This document shows positions 49,631 through 59,312 of a DNA stretch of 64,000 nucleotides, piece by piece. The position numbers and the translations under genes are program-made. Below the pieces are notes generated by a model. It searched no databases. It was not told the DNA's origin and saw only the letters and a program-made list of their open reading frames with translations. Within the stretch, counting starts at the first letter, position 1. Every line of letters starts with the position of its first letter. Source of the stretch: an uncultured delta proteobacterium (GTDB lineage Bacteria > Desulfobacterota > Syntrophia > Syntrophales > UBA2185); assembly GCA_963729715.1 (NCBI GenBank), contig CAVSPA010000003.1:96001-160000 (forward strand), written 5' to 3'.

Positions 49631-52153
49631 TTAAAGATTAACTCTCTGATAAAATATCTTTTTTGCGAGCTCCGCCACAAGGATATAGAGGACCACAATT
49701 AAGCCCATCATCGTCAGAAAAGAAAGAGGAAGCGACACAAATCCGAAAAGCGTCCCGATGGGAGTAAGAGGAAAAACGAGTGTGGCTATGACGGCAGCGA
49801 CCGTGGCAACGCACAGATACTTTCCCGGCCGGCTCTTGAAGAAAGGCCTGCGGCTGCGGATTACCAGCACAATGATGGCGGCAGAAATGACAGATTCCAT
49901 GAACCATCCCGTTCTAAACTGCTCCGGTGTAGCGTGGAGTATAAGGAGCAGAACTGCGAAGGTGAGGTAATCAAAAATTGAACTGACAAGGCCGAAGGTG
50001 AACATGAATTTCCGTATAAAAGAAATGTTCCAGCGCCGGGGCTGATTCAACATCTCTATGTCTACATGGTCCGCGGCAATGGTCATTTCCGGAAAATCCG
50101 TCATCAGATTAGTAAGCAGTATCTGCTTGGGAAGTAAGGGGAGAAAGGACAAGAAGAGAGATGCGCCGGCCATGCTGAACATGTTTCCGAAATTAGCGCT
50201 CGTGGCCATAAAGACATACTTCAAGGTGTTGGCAAAGGTTGTTCTTCCTTCGCGCACGCCTTGCACAAGGACGGCCAGATTTTTTTCCATGAGGACGATA
50301 TCCGCGGATTCTTTAGCTACGTCCACCGCTGTGTCCACCGAAATGCCGACATCCGCTGCATGCAGGGCGGAGGCGTCATTGATCCCGTCGCCCATATATC
50401 CCACGACATGGCCGGCCTTCCTGAGTGCAAGGATAATCCGCTCCTTCTGGTTGGGCTCTACCTCCGCGAATATGTCCGTCTCTGTTACCCTTGATAAAAG
50501 AGCATCATTACTTGTTTCATGAAGCTCACTTCCTGTAACTATTCTTGCATCCCCCATTCCCACCTCCTCGCTGACCTTACGGGCGACGAGGCAGTTATCT
50601 CCGGTAATGATTTTCAGAGAAATGCCGAGTTGCCTGAGGCGGTTGATAGTCTCTGCTATCTCCGCTTTTGGCGGATCGAAAAAAACCAGGAATCCGAGGA
50701 AGGTCATATCCTTCTCGCAATCCTTATCAATGCGAGGTTCTGCCCCCATATCCCGAGAAGCAATTCCCAAGAGGCGAAAACCCTGATTGCTGAGCGTCTC
50801 GAATTTCTGCTGGATCTCCTGTTTCACCGAAGCTATATCCATCTTATCTCCCGAGGGAGCCTCCGCCTTAGAACAGATGCCAATCACGTTGGGAAGGGGC
50901 CCCTTGGTCACCATCAAGGAAATACCGTCCTTTAGTACCAGGATACTCAAGCGCTTCCTGAAGAAGTCGTAAGGCACCTCGTCCGCCTTTTCATACCCGG
51001 AAACATCAGGCTGTTTGTAAGAGCGAATCGCTTCATCGATAGGATTTGAAAAGCCCTTTTCAAAAAATGAGTTCAAATAGGCGTGAAAAAAGACCCGCTC
51101 ACTGGAATTACCTGCGAGATCTAATGCAGAATGTAGATGCACTGTTCCCTCGGTCAGGGTTCCCGTCTTGTCGGAGCAGAGGACATCCATGCTCCCGAAA
51201 TTCTCTATGGCGGCGAGCCGCTTCACAATGACCTTTTGCTGTGCCATCTTCTTAGCGCCATGAGCCAGATTGATACTGATGATAGCGGGCAGCAGTTGAG
51301 GCGTCAGCCCCACCGCAAGGGCGAGAGAAAAAAGGAACGATTCGAGGACGGGCCGGTGGAAATAGACATTGACGGCAAAAATCAGGAAGACCAGGGCCAG
51401 CGTAACTTCGAGCAACAAATACCCGAATTGCCGGACGCCGCGCTCAAATTCGGTTTCCTGGGGTCTCAGCTTCAGCCTTTCCGATATTTTACCGAACTCC
51501 GCTTCCTTTCCCGTGAAAACAACAACGGCTTGGGCCGTGCCGCTGACGACATGGGTTCCCATGAAGAGGCAGTTGGCGCGCCCGTTCAAGGACGTCTGCG
51601 CCGGTAATTGACCGGCTTTCTTGTCGACGGGGTACGTTTCCCCTGTCAGGGTTGCCTCATCCACAAAGAGATCTGTTGATTCGAGAATCAAGCAGTCTGC
51701 GGGTATGGCATCACCTGCATTCAGGATAACGATGTCTCCCGGGACGACGTCTTCTATGGGGATGTCTATGGGGTTGCCGTCACGGAGAACCGTCGTCTTG
51801 ATTCTGACGATGGACAGGAGCTTTTCTACGGCATCAGCGGCGCCGCGTTCCTGCCAGAACCCGAGAAGGCCGCTCACCAGAACAATGAAAAGAATAATAG
51901 CGCCGTCCACATGATCCTTCAGGAAGAAAGATAATCCGGCAGCAAAAACAAGGGTGAGGATAATGGGGCTCTTGAATTGGGAAAAAAGAAGCGCAGCAGC
52001 GTCGGATCGCTTAGGCGGCTTTAGTAGATTAGCCCCGCAATTAACCAGCCGCCGCCTCGCCTCACCGCTCTCCAACCCTTCCTGTCGGGCATCGAGCCCT
52101 GCCAGCACATCGGCCTGTGGGATGCTCCAGAAATCAGACGGCTGCTTAATCAT
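49631..52153 (-). CDS. mgtA: Magnesium-translocating P-type ATPase
   Basis: LTGE, AVGLTP, DKTGTLT, PYDF.RKR, TGDN, MGDGINDA, SANFGN. Confidence 0.93.
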   Translation of the reverse strand: MIKQPSDFWSIPQADVLAGLDARQEGLESGEARRRLVNCGANLLKPPKRSDAAALLFSQFKSPIILTLVFAAGLSFFLKDHVDGAIILFIVLVSGLLGFWQERGAADAVEKLLSIVRIKTTVLRDGNPIDIPIEDVVPGDIVILNAGDAIPADCLILESTDLFVDEATLTGETYPVDKKAGQLPAQTSLNGRANCLFMGTHVVSGTAQAVVVFTGKEAEFGKISERLKLRPQETEFERGVRQFGYLLLEVTLALVFLIFAVNVYFHRPVLESFLFSLALAVGLTPQLLPAIISINLAHGAKKMAQQKVIVKRLAAIENFGSMDVLCSDKTGTLTEGTVHLHSALDLAGNSSERVFFHAYLNSFFEKGFSNPIDEAIRSYKQPDVSGYEKADEVPYDFFRKRLSILVLKDGISLMVTKGPLPNVIGICSKAEAPSGDKMDIASVKQEIQQKFETLSNQGFRLLGIASRDMGAEPRIDKDCEKDMTFLGFLVFFDPPKAEIAETINRLRQLGISLKIITGDNCLVARKVSEEVGMGDARIVTGSELHETSNDALLSRVTETDIFAEVEPNQKERIILALRKAGHVVGYMGDGINDASALHAADVGISVDTAVDVAKESADIVLMEKNLAVLVQGVREGRTTFANTLKYVFMATSANFGNMFSMAGASLFLSFLPLLPKQILLTNLMTDFPEMTIAADHVDIEMLNQPRRWNISFIRKFMFTFGLVSSIFDYLTFAVLLLILHATPEQFRTGWFMESVISAAIIVLVIRSRRPFFKSRPGKYLCVATVAAVIATLVFPLTPIGTLFGFVSLPLSFLTMMGLIVVLYILVAELAKKIFYQRVNL

Positions 52154-52508
52154 TTGCTTACCTGTGGCGATTGGGCGCATGAATTGTCCGCAAATTTAGC
52201 CTTGATCACGACTATATGCAATATAAGGGAAGGCAGTTCCCCTGTCAAGTACACTGAGGCAACAGTCAATCGAAATCACATCTCTCAAAGCCCCATCCCC
52301 ATAGGGAGTGTCTTTCAGGAAATGCTTCAGCTGGATAAGGAACATCATCAGATCGCAAGGATGAATTCCGATAAATTGAGACGCAATGTAACCGGAAGCA
52401 AGAGGCATAAAATAGCCGTAAAATGGGAGTATAGACCTACGTAGAAAGAGCGGGCAGACCAAGTTTGTCTCTGCTGCATCACCTTGAGAAAGGGCAATGT
52501 CCGTCACA

Positions 52509-53696
52509 TCAAAGCGCGGCTATTGTTCTGGTCTTGCTGTCTTCCTGGTATCGTAGGAGGGCGCTGAGCAGGAATCCGGCCAACGGAAGGATCATGATGG
52601 ACTTGAGGGCGACGGGCACGCCGAAATGATCGGCAATGACTCCGAGGAGCGTGACACAGACGCCGCCTGCCCCGATAGCAAAACCCACCATGAGGCCGGA
52701 GGCAACGCCGAGATTCTTCGGCAGCAACTGTTGTGCCATGACAATGGTGACAGTAAAGGTTGAAATCAAGGTCATGCCGAGAAATCCGAGTACAAGAAAC
52801 AGCATGTAGCCGTCAACGACGAATATCAGGGGCAGAATAAGGGTGCTGAGAAACATGGACAGCAGCAGATAGCGTTTATGACCCCACCTGTCAGCCAAAG
52901 GCGCTCCCCCCAAGGTGCCGATGACGCCTCCGAGAAGAAGAACAAAAACGAGTTTACCCGCATAAAGGGGATCTCCCTTGAGATGGTTTATGAAGTAAAA
53001 AGGGATGTAGCTCATAAGACCCATCTGCGTCCATGACCTCATAATCACGATTGCGATCACCATTGATAAAGATGTGTAAGCACCCTTTCGCGGCTCGAGT
53101 GCCACCTCTCCATCCGCTACCCTCTCCCGTTTGATTTCGGTAATGGATATGTCCCGCCAATAGAAGATAATGATTGCAACAAAAGCGACCGAAGGGACAA
53201 TTATAACGGGCAGTGAAGAAAATCCCATGTACTTGATTATGTAGATTGCGATTATCGGACCTAAGGCGAACCCCACATTTCCGCCGACCGAGAATATCGC
53301 CATCCCTGTTACCCGCCTCTCGCCTGTAAAAAAATGGGCGGTCTTGTATCCTTCGGGATGGTATGACGCGATGCCGAAGCCGCTCACTATGACAAGCACG
53401 AGGATAAGCGCATAACTTGAAGGGAAGGACAACAAAGAGAATCCGGCGCCGGCGCACAGGCACCCGAGAGGCAGAAGGAAGGCCTTTTCCTGTCTGTCCG
53501 AAAGATATCCGAAAAGAGGCTGGATCAGAGAGGATGTGAAATTCGCCGCCAACAGGATGATACCGGCCATAGTGTAAGAGAGGGAAAGGTTCTCTTTCAG
53601 AAAGGGGAGTATGGCAGGAAGCGCACTCTGGTATATATCTGTTACCAGATGCCCTAATGAAAGGACCATGAGAATTTTCAGGTTGAATTTGCTCAT
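52509..53696 (-). CDS. MFS transporter (Fsr-like)
   Basis: GH...D.YQ, QPLFGYLSDR, YHPEG, FSVGGN.G. Confidence 0.9.
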   Translation of the reverse strand: MSKFNLKILMVLSLGHLVTDIYQSALPAILPFLKENLSLSYTMAGIILLAANFTSSLIQPLFGYLSDRQEKAFLLPLGCLCAGAGFSLLSFPSSYALILVLVIVSGFGIASYHPEGYKTAHFFTGERRVTGMAIFSVGGNVGFALGPIIAIYIIKYMGFSSLPVIIVPSVAFVAIIIFYWRDISITEIKRERVADGEVALEPRKGAYTSLSMVIAIVIMRSWTQMGLMSYIPFYFINHLKGDPLYAGKLVFVLLLGGVIGTLGGAPLADRWGHKRYLLLSMFLSTLILPLIFVVDGYMLFLVLGFLGMTLISTFTVTIVMAQQLLPKNLGVASGLMVGFAIGAGGVCVTLLGVIADHFGVPVALKSIMILPLAGFLLSALLRYQEDSKTRTIAAL

Positions 53697-53980
53697 CGCA
53701 AGTGCCCGGCAATAAGAATCAGGATGCAAGGTTTATAAGGGGAAAGCGCCTGCATGTCAATGAGATTAAACCGGGGATTTTTCTGACCGGACGAATAGAT
53801 TCTCATGCAGCCCTGAATGCCTATTCTACCGGATAAACGATTGCTTTATTCACCTTCGAAGACCTCGGATCGTGTAGAAAAGGATTAGGATTTGTTTAAT
53901 AAGCGATATGTCATTTGAGAAAAAGTTACATTGTCGCGGTGTCATTAATCGCCGTATCGGCTATTCGCGATGCGCTCTCA

Positions 53981-54415
53981 TTACGGGGGGGCATTTTGCA
54001 ATGCCCAATAGGAACCTATTTCGGTGACAGTCTCAACAAATTTATCATACGCTATCGGTTTTATGATGAAGCTGTTTGCTCCCAGCCGGTAGCTGTCTAT
54101 CCTGTCCTGGTCGTTGGTCGATGACGAGAAAACCACTACGGGGATCATCCTTGTCGTCTCATTAGTTCTTATCATTCGCAGAAGCTCAAGCCCGTCCACC
54201 TTCGGCAACCTCAGGTCCAGAAGAATCACGCTGGGTTGTTTAAGGGAATAGCGGTCCGCATACTCACATGCTGCAAAAAGATAATCCAGGGCTTCCCCGC
54301 CGTCACGAAAAACCTTGACCCTATGGGCCAGGTTATGCTGACTCAGGGCTTCGAGTATAAACTCCACGTTGTATTTATTATCTTCCACAAGTAGGATATC
54401 AAACATTTTTTCCAT
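53981..54415 (-). CDS. Single-domain response regulator (Rcp1-like)
   Basis: LLVEDN, LDLRLPKVDG, GANSFIIKP. Confidence 0.9.
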   Translation of the reverse strand: MEKMFDILLVEDNKYNVEFILEALSQHNLAHRVKVFRDGGEALDYLFAACEYADRYSLKQPSVILLDLRLPKVDGLELLRMIRTNETTRMIPVVVFSSSTNDQDRIDSYRLGANSFIIKPIAYDKFVETVTEIGSYWALQNAPP

Positions 54416-54751
54416 CGTTAATCCACCTTTTCTTCCTGTATTGCAAAATGGCAGACCCGACTCGTTTATCGTCACACCGCCTTCGCGGGCGCCGCACCGA
54501 ATCTACCTTTTCCAGTAAGCATAGCTTACGCGCGAATAAAGGCAATGCGTCAATGACTGATTTCAGGGCACTTTATACCTTAAGATGATATAGGTGATCG
54601 ATGAGAAGTTTACAGGAATTGTTTCTCAAGGCAAGTGGATGACTTGGACTATCCGGACAATTGTTGTGCCTGCCGCTCTGAAGAAGTATTGACTAGTTTG
54701 TAAGCAACGCATAAAATGAAAAACGTTGATACTACGTAGACGGAGGCGATT

Positions 54752-57451
54752 GTGAAAAGAGCCCATACACGAATCTCAGAAATCAGCTTCGTAATTCTGA
54801 TCCTTGCGGTGGTCTTCATCTTCCTGCTGCCTGCTGCCGGGGCATCGCCTGAAGAAAGAACAGGCGATGAGAATATACTAAGAGCCACTCTGCAGAATGG
54901 ATTGCGGGTGGTTATTGTCCGAAACACCCAGGCTCCGGTTGTCACGACAATGGTGAATTATCTTGTCGGTTCAAACGAGGCGCCGGCAGGTTTTCCCGGC
55001 ATGGCCCACGCCCAGGAGCACATGATGTTCAGGGGCAGCCCGGGTCTTTCAGCGGACCAGCTCGCAGACATCATCGCCTTGCTGGGCGGAGATTTCAATG
55101 CGGATACGCAGCAGACAGTCACGCAATATTTCTTCACCTGCGCGGCGGAAGATCTGGACATAGCCCTGCACATAGAATCAATCCGGATGAGGGGCGTATT
55201 CGACGCTGAGGAATCGTGGAAGGAGGAAAGGGGCGCTATCGAGCAGGAAGTGGCCCAGGACATCTCCGATCCCGACTACATCTTTTACGCAAAGCTGCTC
55301 GAAATTATGTTCGACGATACCGCATATGCGCATACGCCTCTCGGAACGATTCCTTCCTTTGAGAAGACAACAGGGGCCATGCTCAAAACATTTCATGACA
55401 CATGGTATGCACCCAACAATGCTATTCTCGTGATCGTGGGCCATGTCGAACCCCGGAACGCGCTTAAGGCCGTCGAGAAATATTTTTCTCCCATATCGCG
55501 GAAGAACGTTCCGCAACGTTCTGCCGTACGTCTTCGACCCGTGAAGCCGGAATCTTTCACGATGACGACGGACCAGTCGCACGGGCTTGCGGCTATTTCT
55601 TTCCGCATGCCCGGTTATGGAAGCGGCGATTACGCGGCAAGTGAAGTCCTTGCGGACGTATTGAGCAGCCAGCGGGGAAGCCTATTCGAATTGGTGGTTC
55701 AAGGAAAAGCGCTCGACATTGACTTCAGTATGCTCACCCTCCCTGACGCAGGTCTGGCCTACGCAGCGGCGTCCTTCCCGAAGGGAACCGATCCTCAGCC
55801 TCTGATTAAGGAGGTCCGGAGGATTCTTGCGGACGATGTGAAGAAAGGGTTCTCAGCCGACCTTGTTGAGGCGGCCAAACGCAACAGGCTGACGAAGGCC
55901 GAACTTCAGAAAAATTCCGTTCCTGGTCTTGCCATGGCGTGGTCTCAGGCGCTGGCGGTGGAAGGGAGGCAATCACCGGACGACACCTTAAGCGCCATCC
56001 AGAAGGTTTCTGTGGCCGACGTCAACAGGGTGGCTACGAGGTACCTGCAACTTCATCGATCCGTAGAAGCCATTCTCATCCCGGAAGCCGCTGGCAAGCC
56101 CGTCTCTGCAAGGCCGCGCGGGGGAATGGAGTCTTTTGCGCCGAAAGAGACGAAAAGCGTTAAGCTTCCCGGCTGGGCGGACAAGGCATTGAAACGGCTT
56201 TTCATGCCGGCTTCCACGGTGAATCCTGAGGTTATAGTTCTTCCCAACGGACTCAAACTTATCATTCAGTATGCTTCTGTGAGCGACACTGCAAGTATAT
56301 ACGGCCATGTGAAAAACAATCCTTACCTTCAGACTCCGGAGGGAAAGGAAGGATTGGATCGTGTGTTGGAACCGCTTTTTTCTTTCGGTACTACTTCTCT
56401 GGACAGACTGGCTTTCCAGAAAGCTCAGGACGACATAGGGGCGGAAATATCCGTGAACACGGATTTCTCTCTACAGGCTCTCGCCAAACACTTTGATCGC
56501 GGCGTCGAGCTTCTTGCGGACAATTTGCTTCACCCGGCGCTGCCCGGGGAAGCATTCGAAACGTTGCGGAAACAGGTGGCGGATGAAGTGGCGGGCGAAG
56601 TTGAAAGTCCCGACTACCTGACAAAACGGACACTACGAGTTTCCCTCTTTCCTAAAAAAGACGCAGCGCTCCGCGAGGCCACGCCGTCGACCATTTCTTC
56701 TCTTACCCTCGACGACGTGAAATCATATTACCAGAAGGTGTTCCGGCCGGACCTGACGACAATCGTCTTTATCGGCAAGGTGCCGCCGGACGTGGTCAGG
56801 AAGGTGATTGGGAAATACTTCGGATCATGGAAGGCCGAAGGGCCAAAGCCCGAGACACTCCTGCCTCCGGTTCCGCCGAATAGATCATCCGCCACGGCCG
56901 TCCCGGATCTCAGCCGGTCTCAGACCAATGTGATTCTCGCCGAAACACTCGGCTTGACCAGATCTCACCCGGATTACTACGCCCTGGAATTAGGGAACCA
57001 CGTGCTCGGCGGCGCTTTCTACTCAACCTGGCTATACCGGGATCTCAGAGAAAAGACGGGGCTCGTTTATCACGTTTCTTCATCATTCGACGTGGGTAAA
57101 ACGCGATCCCTTTATGAAGTCAGGTATTCCTGCGACCCTGACAATGTGTCTAAAGCGCGAGCCATCATCGAACATGATCTGACAAAGATGCAGGAGGAAC
57201 CCGTCACGCCGGATGAGCTCTCCAAAGCTCAATCTCTCGCCCTCCGGGAGATGCAGCTTGCCGAGGCCTCCGCCGACGGCATAGCGCTGGGACTTATTTA
57301 TAGGGCGACTCATGACCTGCCCCTTGATGAGCCTGTTATCGCTGCAGGAAGATTCTTGAAATTGACCCCTCAAGACATAAAGGCTGCCTTCTCGAAGTGG
57401 CTTCGCGTCGACAATATGGTTCAGGTTACTCAAGGGCCCTTTCCAAGGTAA
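54752..57451 (+). CDS. M16 family zinc peptidase (pitrilysin-like), exported
   Basis: Signal peptide, L.NGL, inverted Zn motif HAQEHMMFRG, second half with LREKTGLVY. Confidence 0.92.
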   Translation: MKRAHTRISEISFVILILAVVFIFLLPAAGASPEERTGDENILRATLQNGLRVVIVRNTQAPVVTTMVNYLVGSNEAPAGFPGMAHAQEHMMFRGSPGLSADQLADIIALLGGDFNADTQQTVTQYFFTCAAEDLDIALHIESIRMRGVFDAEESWKEERGAIEQEVAQDISDPDYIFYAKLLEIMFDDTAYAHTPLGTIPSFEKTTGAMLKTFHDTWYAPNNAILVIVGHVEPRNALKAVEKYFSPISRKNVPQRSAVRLRPVKPESFTMTTDQSHGLAAISFRMPGYGSGDYAASEVLADVLSSQRGSLFELVVQGKALDIDFSMLTLPDAGLAYAAASFPKGTDPQPLIKEVRRILADDVKKGFSADLVEAAKRNRLTKAELQKNSVPGLAMAWSQALAVEGRQSPDDTLSAIQKVSVADVNRVATRYLQLHRSVEAILIPEAAGKPVSARPRGGMESFAPKETKSVKLPGWADKALKRLFMPASTVNPEVIVLPNGLKLIIQYASVSDTASIYGHVKNNPYLQTPEGKEGLDRVLEPLFSFGTTSLDRLAFQKAQDDIGAEISVNTDFSLQALAKHFDRGVELLADNLLHPALPGEAFETLRKQVADEVAGEVESPDYLTKRTLRVSLFPKKDAALREATPSTISSLTLDDVKSYYQKVFRPDLTTIVFIGKVPPDVVRKVIGKYFGSWKAEGPKPETLLPPVPPNRSSATAVPDLSRSQTNVILAETLGLTRSHPDYYALELGNHVLGGAFYSTWLYRDLREKTGLVYHVSSSFDVGKTRSLYEVRYSCDPDNVSKARAIIEHDLTKMQEEPVTPDELSKAQSLALREMQLAEASADGIALGLIYRATHDLPLDEPVIAAGRFLKLTPQDIKAAFSKWLRVDNMVQVTQGPFPR

Positions 57452-57762
57452 CGGCAATTTTGATATTGCCACAAGAGGATGTCTTTCTTAAACCGGCACA
57501 TTTACTCCGGGAAAGAAGCCCTGAGTATGCTTAAAAGCCCATGTTGTTTATTCCGCCTACCGCATGACGGGTTGACGCGTCATATTCTTCTTTCATGCAT
57601 AATCGCACAATCCTTCTCAACTGTTCCGCTGGCCCCGGCGGCAGGTGGATATGAGCCTTTTCACAGTGGCAATTTTTCTCAATATTACGGCAGCGGATAG
57701 CGCCGGCCTTGATAATGGCATTCACTGCATCATCATTAGTCGCCGCATGAACCTTTATTTAT

Positions 57763-57950
57763 CTGTCAAAACCACTGACATTGTCAGTGGTGGGGTGTGG
57801 GGGCGGAGGCCCCACACCTTAAGTGAACCAACAATGTTGGTGAACAATATTTTAGAATAGCCGTTTCAACCCTTAGCAGGCAAGGCGAAGGACATTGTCC
57901 GTAGGCTTGCCGCATTTTGAAGGCCACCGACAAGGTCGGTGGTAGTTTAC
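57763..57950 (+). mobile_element. Non-autonomous IS200/IS605-derived miniature element (PATE/MITE-like)
   Basis: Preceded by TTTAT; left hairpin ACCACTGACA-t-TGTCAGTGGT; right hairpin CCACCGAC-aag-GTCGGTGG ending TAGTTTAC; no transposase. Confidence 0.6.
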
Positions 57951-58595
57951 TTCATGATCACAGGGTACGGGACAGGCAAATGAGTATGTCATAGCCCTTC
58001 GCTCCTCTCACAAAAAAATTCCCTTCGTTAAACCAAGTCTAAGAAGAGTGCGTTGGATAGCCATCTTGCTGTTTTCCCGAAAGGCAGAGATCATAAACAT
58101 GATCCGACGTCGAGCGCTTTTCCGACTTGTCACGGCTCCCATCTTAATTATTCTCAACACAAATTTCTATCCTGCAATCCCTGATTATCTGCACCGATAT
58201 TCTTGATTATCGACGCGCATCTGACTGATGTCATGTAGAGGAAAGGAGTAAGGAATAAGAAAATTGATATCCGCATGTCGGGGCAGGCGCCGGCTTTCCC
58301 GTGATACATTACCGCTCGTAGAATGCATACGCGCCGCGGCCTCTGCGAGTAGCCGCTCTTCTTGCCGAACAGCATTTGCCGTCTTTCCTGAATTTGATCC
58401 ATCTAAGATATTTTCAGGTAATAAATGAGTGAATCCCTTATGGAACTATTCTGCATATCTAATATCATTCAAATTGTGGACTGTTGCTCTGCTCGTTAGC
58501 GCAGCAAGGCCCCTACTAAACTGAAATGCATACAGGCGTACCTTGGGGAGCACAAGATGCAATATGACTTCCGGACGGGGAGTATGGATCGGGTA

Positions 58596-58626
58596 TTGAC
58601 AGGCAAGTGAGCACTTGCTATATAAT
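58596..58626 (+). promoter_or_regulatory. sigma70 promoter with a palindromic TetR-type operator
   Basis: TTGACA...TATATAAT with GCAAGTG-ag-CACTTGC (58603-58618) between -35 and -10. Confidence 0.8.
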
Positions 58627-58631
58627 TAAAC

Positions 58632-59312
58632 ATGAAGAGAGAGGGAAGAATATCGCGTGAAGAAAGGCGAAAACTTATACTGATAAGGGTTCGCGAACTC
58701 TTCGCCAAGAAAGGTCTCGATGGAGCGACTACGCGGGAGCTGGCGGAGTCGGCGGGCATTTCGGAGGGCCTGTTATTCAAAATATTCCCCAATAAGGAGG
58801 CGCTCTATCATGCCATGCTTGCTTTGTTCTCGGACAACATTTCCGAGAAGACGAAGAAAATGATGTCTCTCAAGCCTTCTACCGAGGCGCTCGTGCTGAT
58901 AGTCCACTTACTGGTATCGGAACTCATATCTGTCAGGTTGGCTGAACGCGATGATTTTATCCGGCTCTACATCCGCAGTCTCGCAGGGGATGGAGAATTT
59001 GCGCATCACGTAATGGAAGAGGCTAAGAGCCAGCTGATCCCGATACTCCGGGCAAATATCAAAGCGGCCATCGCAGCTGGCGATGTCGTGGACAACCCGG
59101 TGCCGCACAATTTGCGCGCCTGGTTTACGGATCGCTTACCCTTCGTCATCATGATGGATTTTGTGCCGACGGCCCCCGTCTTGAATTACGGCGTTTCGGG
59201 GGGGGAACTCGTCAAGCATGTCGTCTGGTTTTTGCTGCGTGGCATAGGCCTGAAGGAAGAGTCTATACGCCGCCATTATAACGCCAAGGGATTGGCCATT
59301 GTAAAACGCTGA
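58632..59312 (+). CDS. TetR/AcrR family transcriptional regulator
   Basis: LFAKKG..GATTRELA..AGISEG.LF..FPNKEAL. Confidence 0.93.
   Translation: MKREGRISREERRKLILIRVRELFAKKGLDGATTRELAESAGISEGLLFKIFPNKEALYHAMLALFSDNISEKTKKMMSLKPSTEALVLIVHLLVSELISVRLAERDDFIRLYIRSLAGDGEFAHHVMEEAKSQLIPILRANIKAAIAAGDVVDNPVPHNLRAWFTDRLPFVIMMDFVPTAPVLNYGVSGGELVKHVVWFLLRGIGLKEESIRRHYNAKGLAIVKR

Noticed and set aside
52154..52507. ORFs between mgtA and the MFS gene, or an Mg-sensing leader
   Set aside because: No recognisable protein motif, Pro-rich leader peptide or riboswitch structure that I can support
57771..57950. Repeated hairpins as a CRISPR array
   Set aside because: Repeats are not identical, spacing is irregular and there are no cas genes
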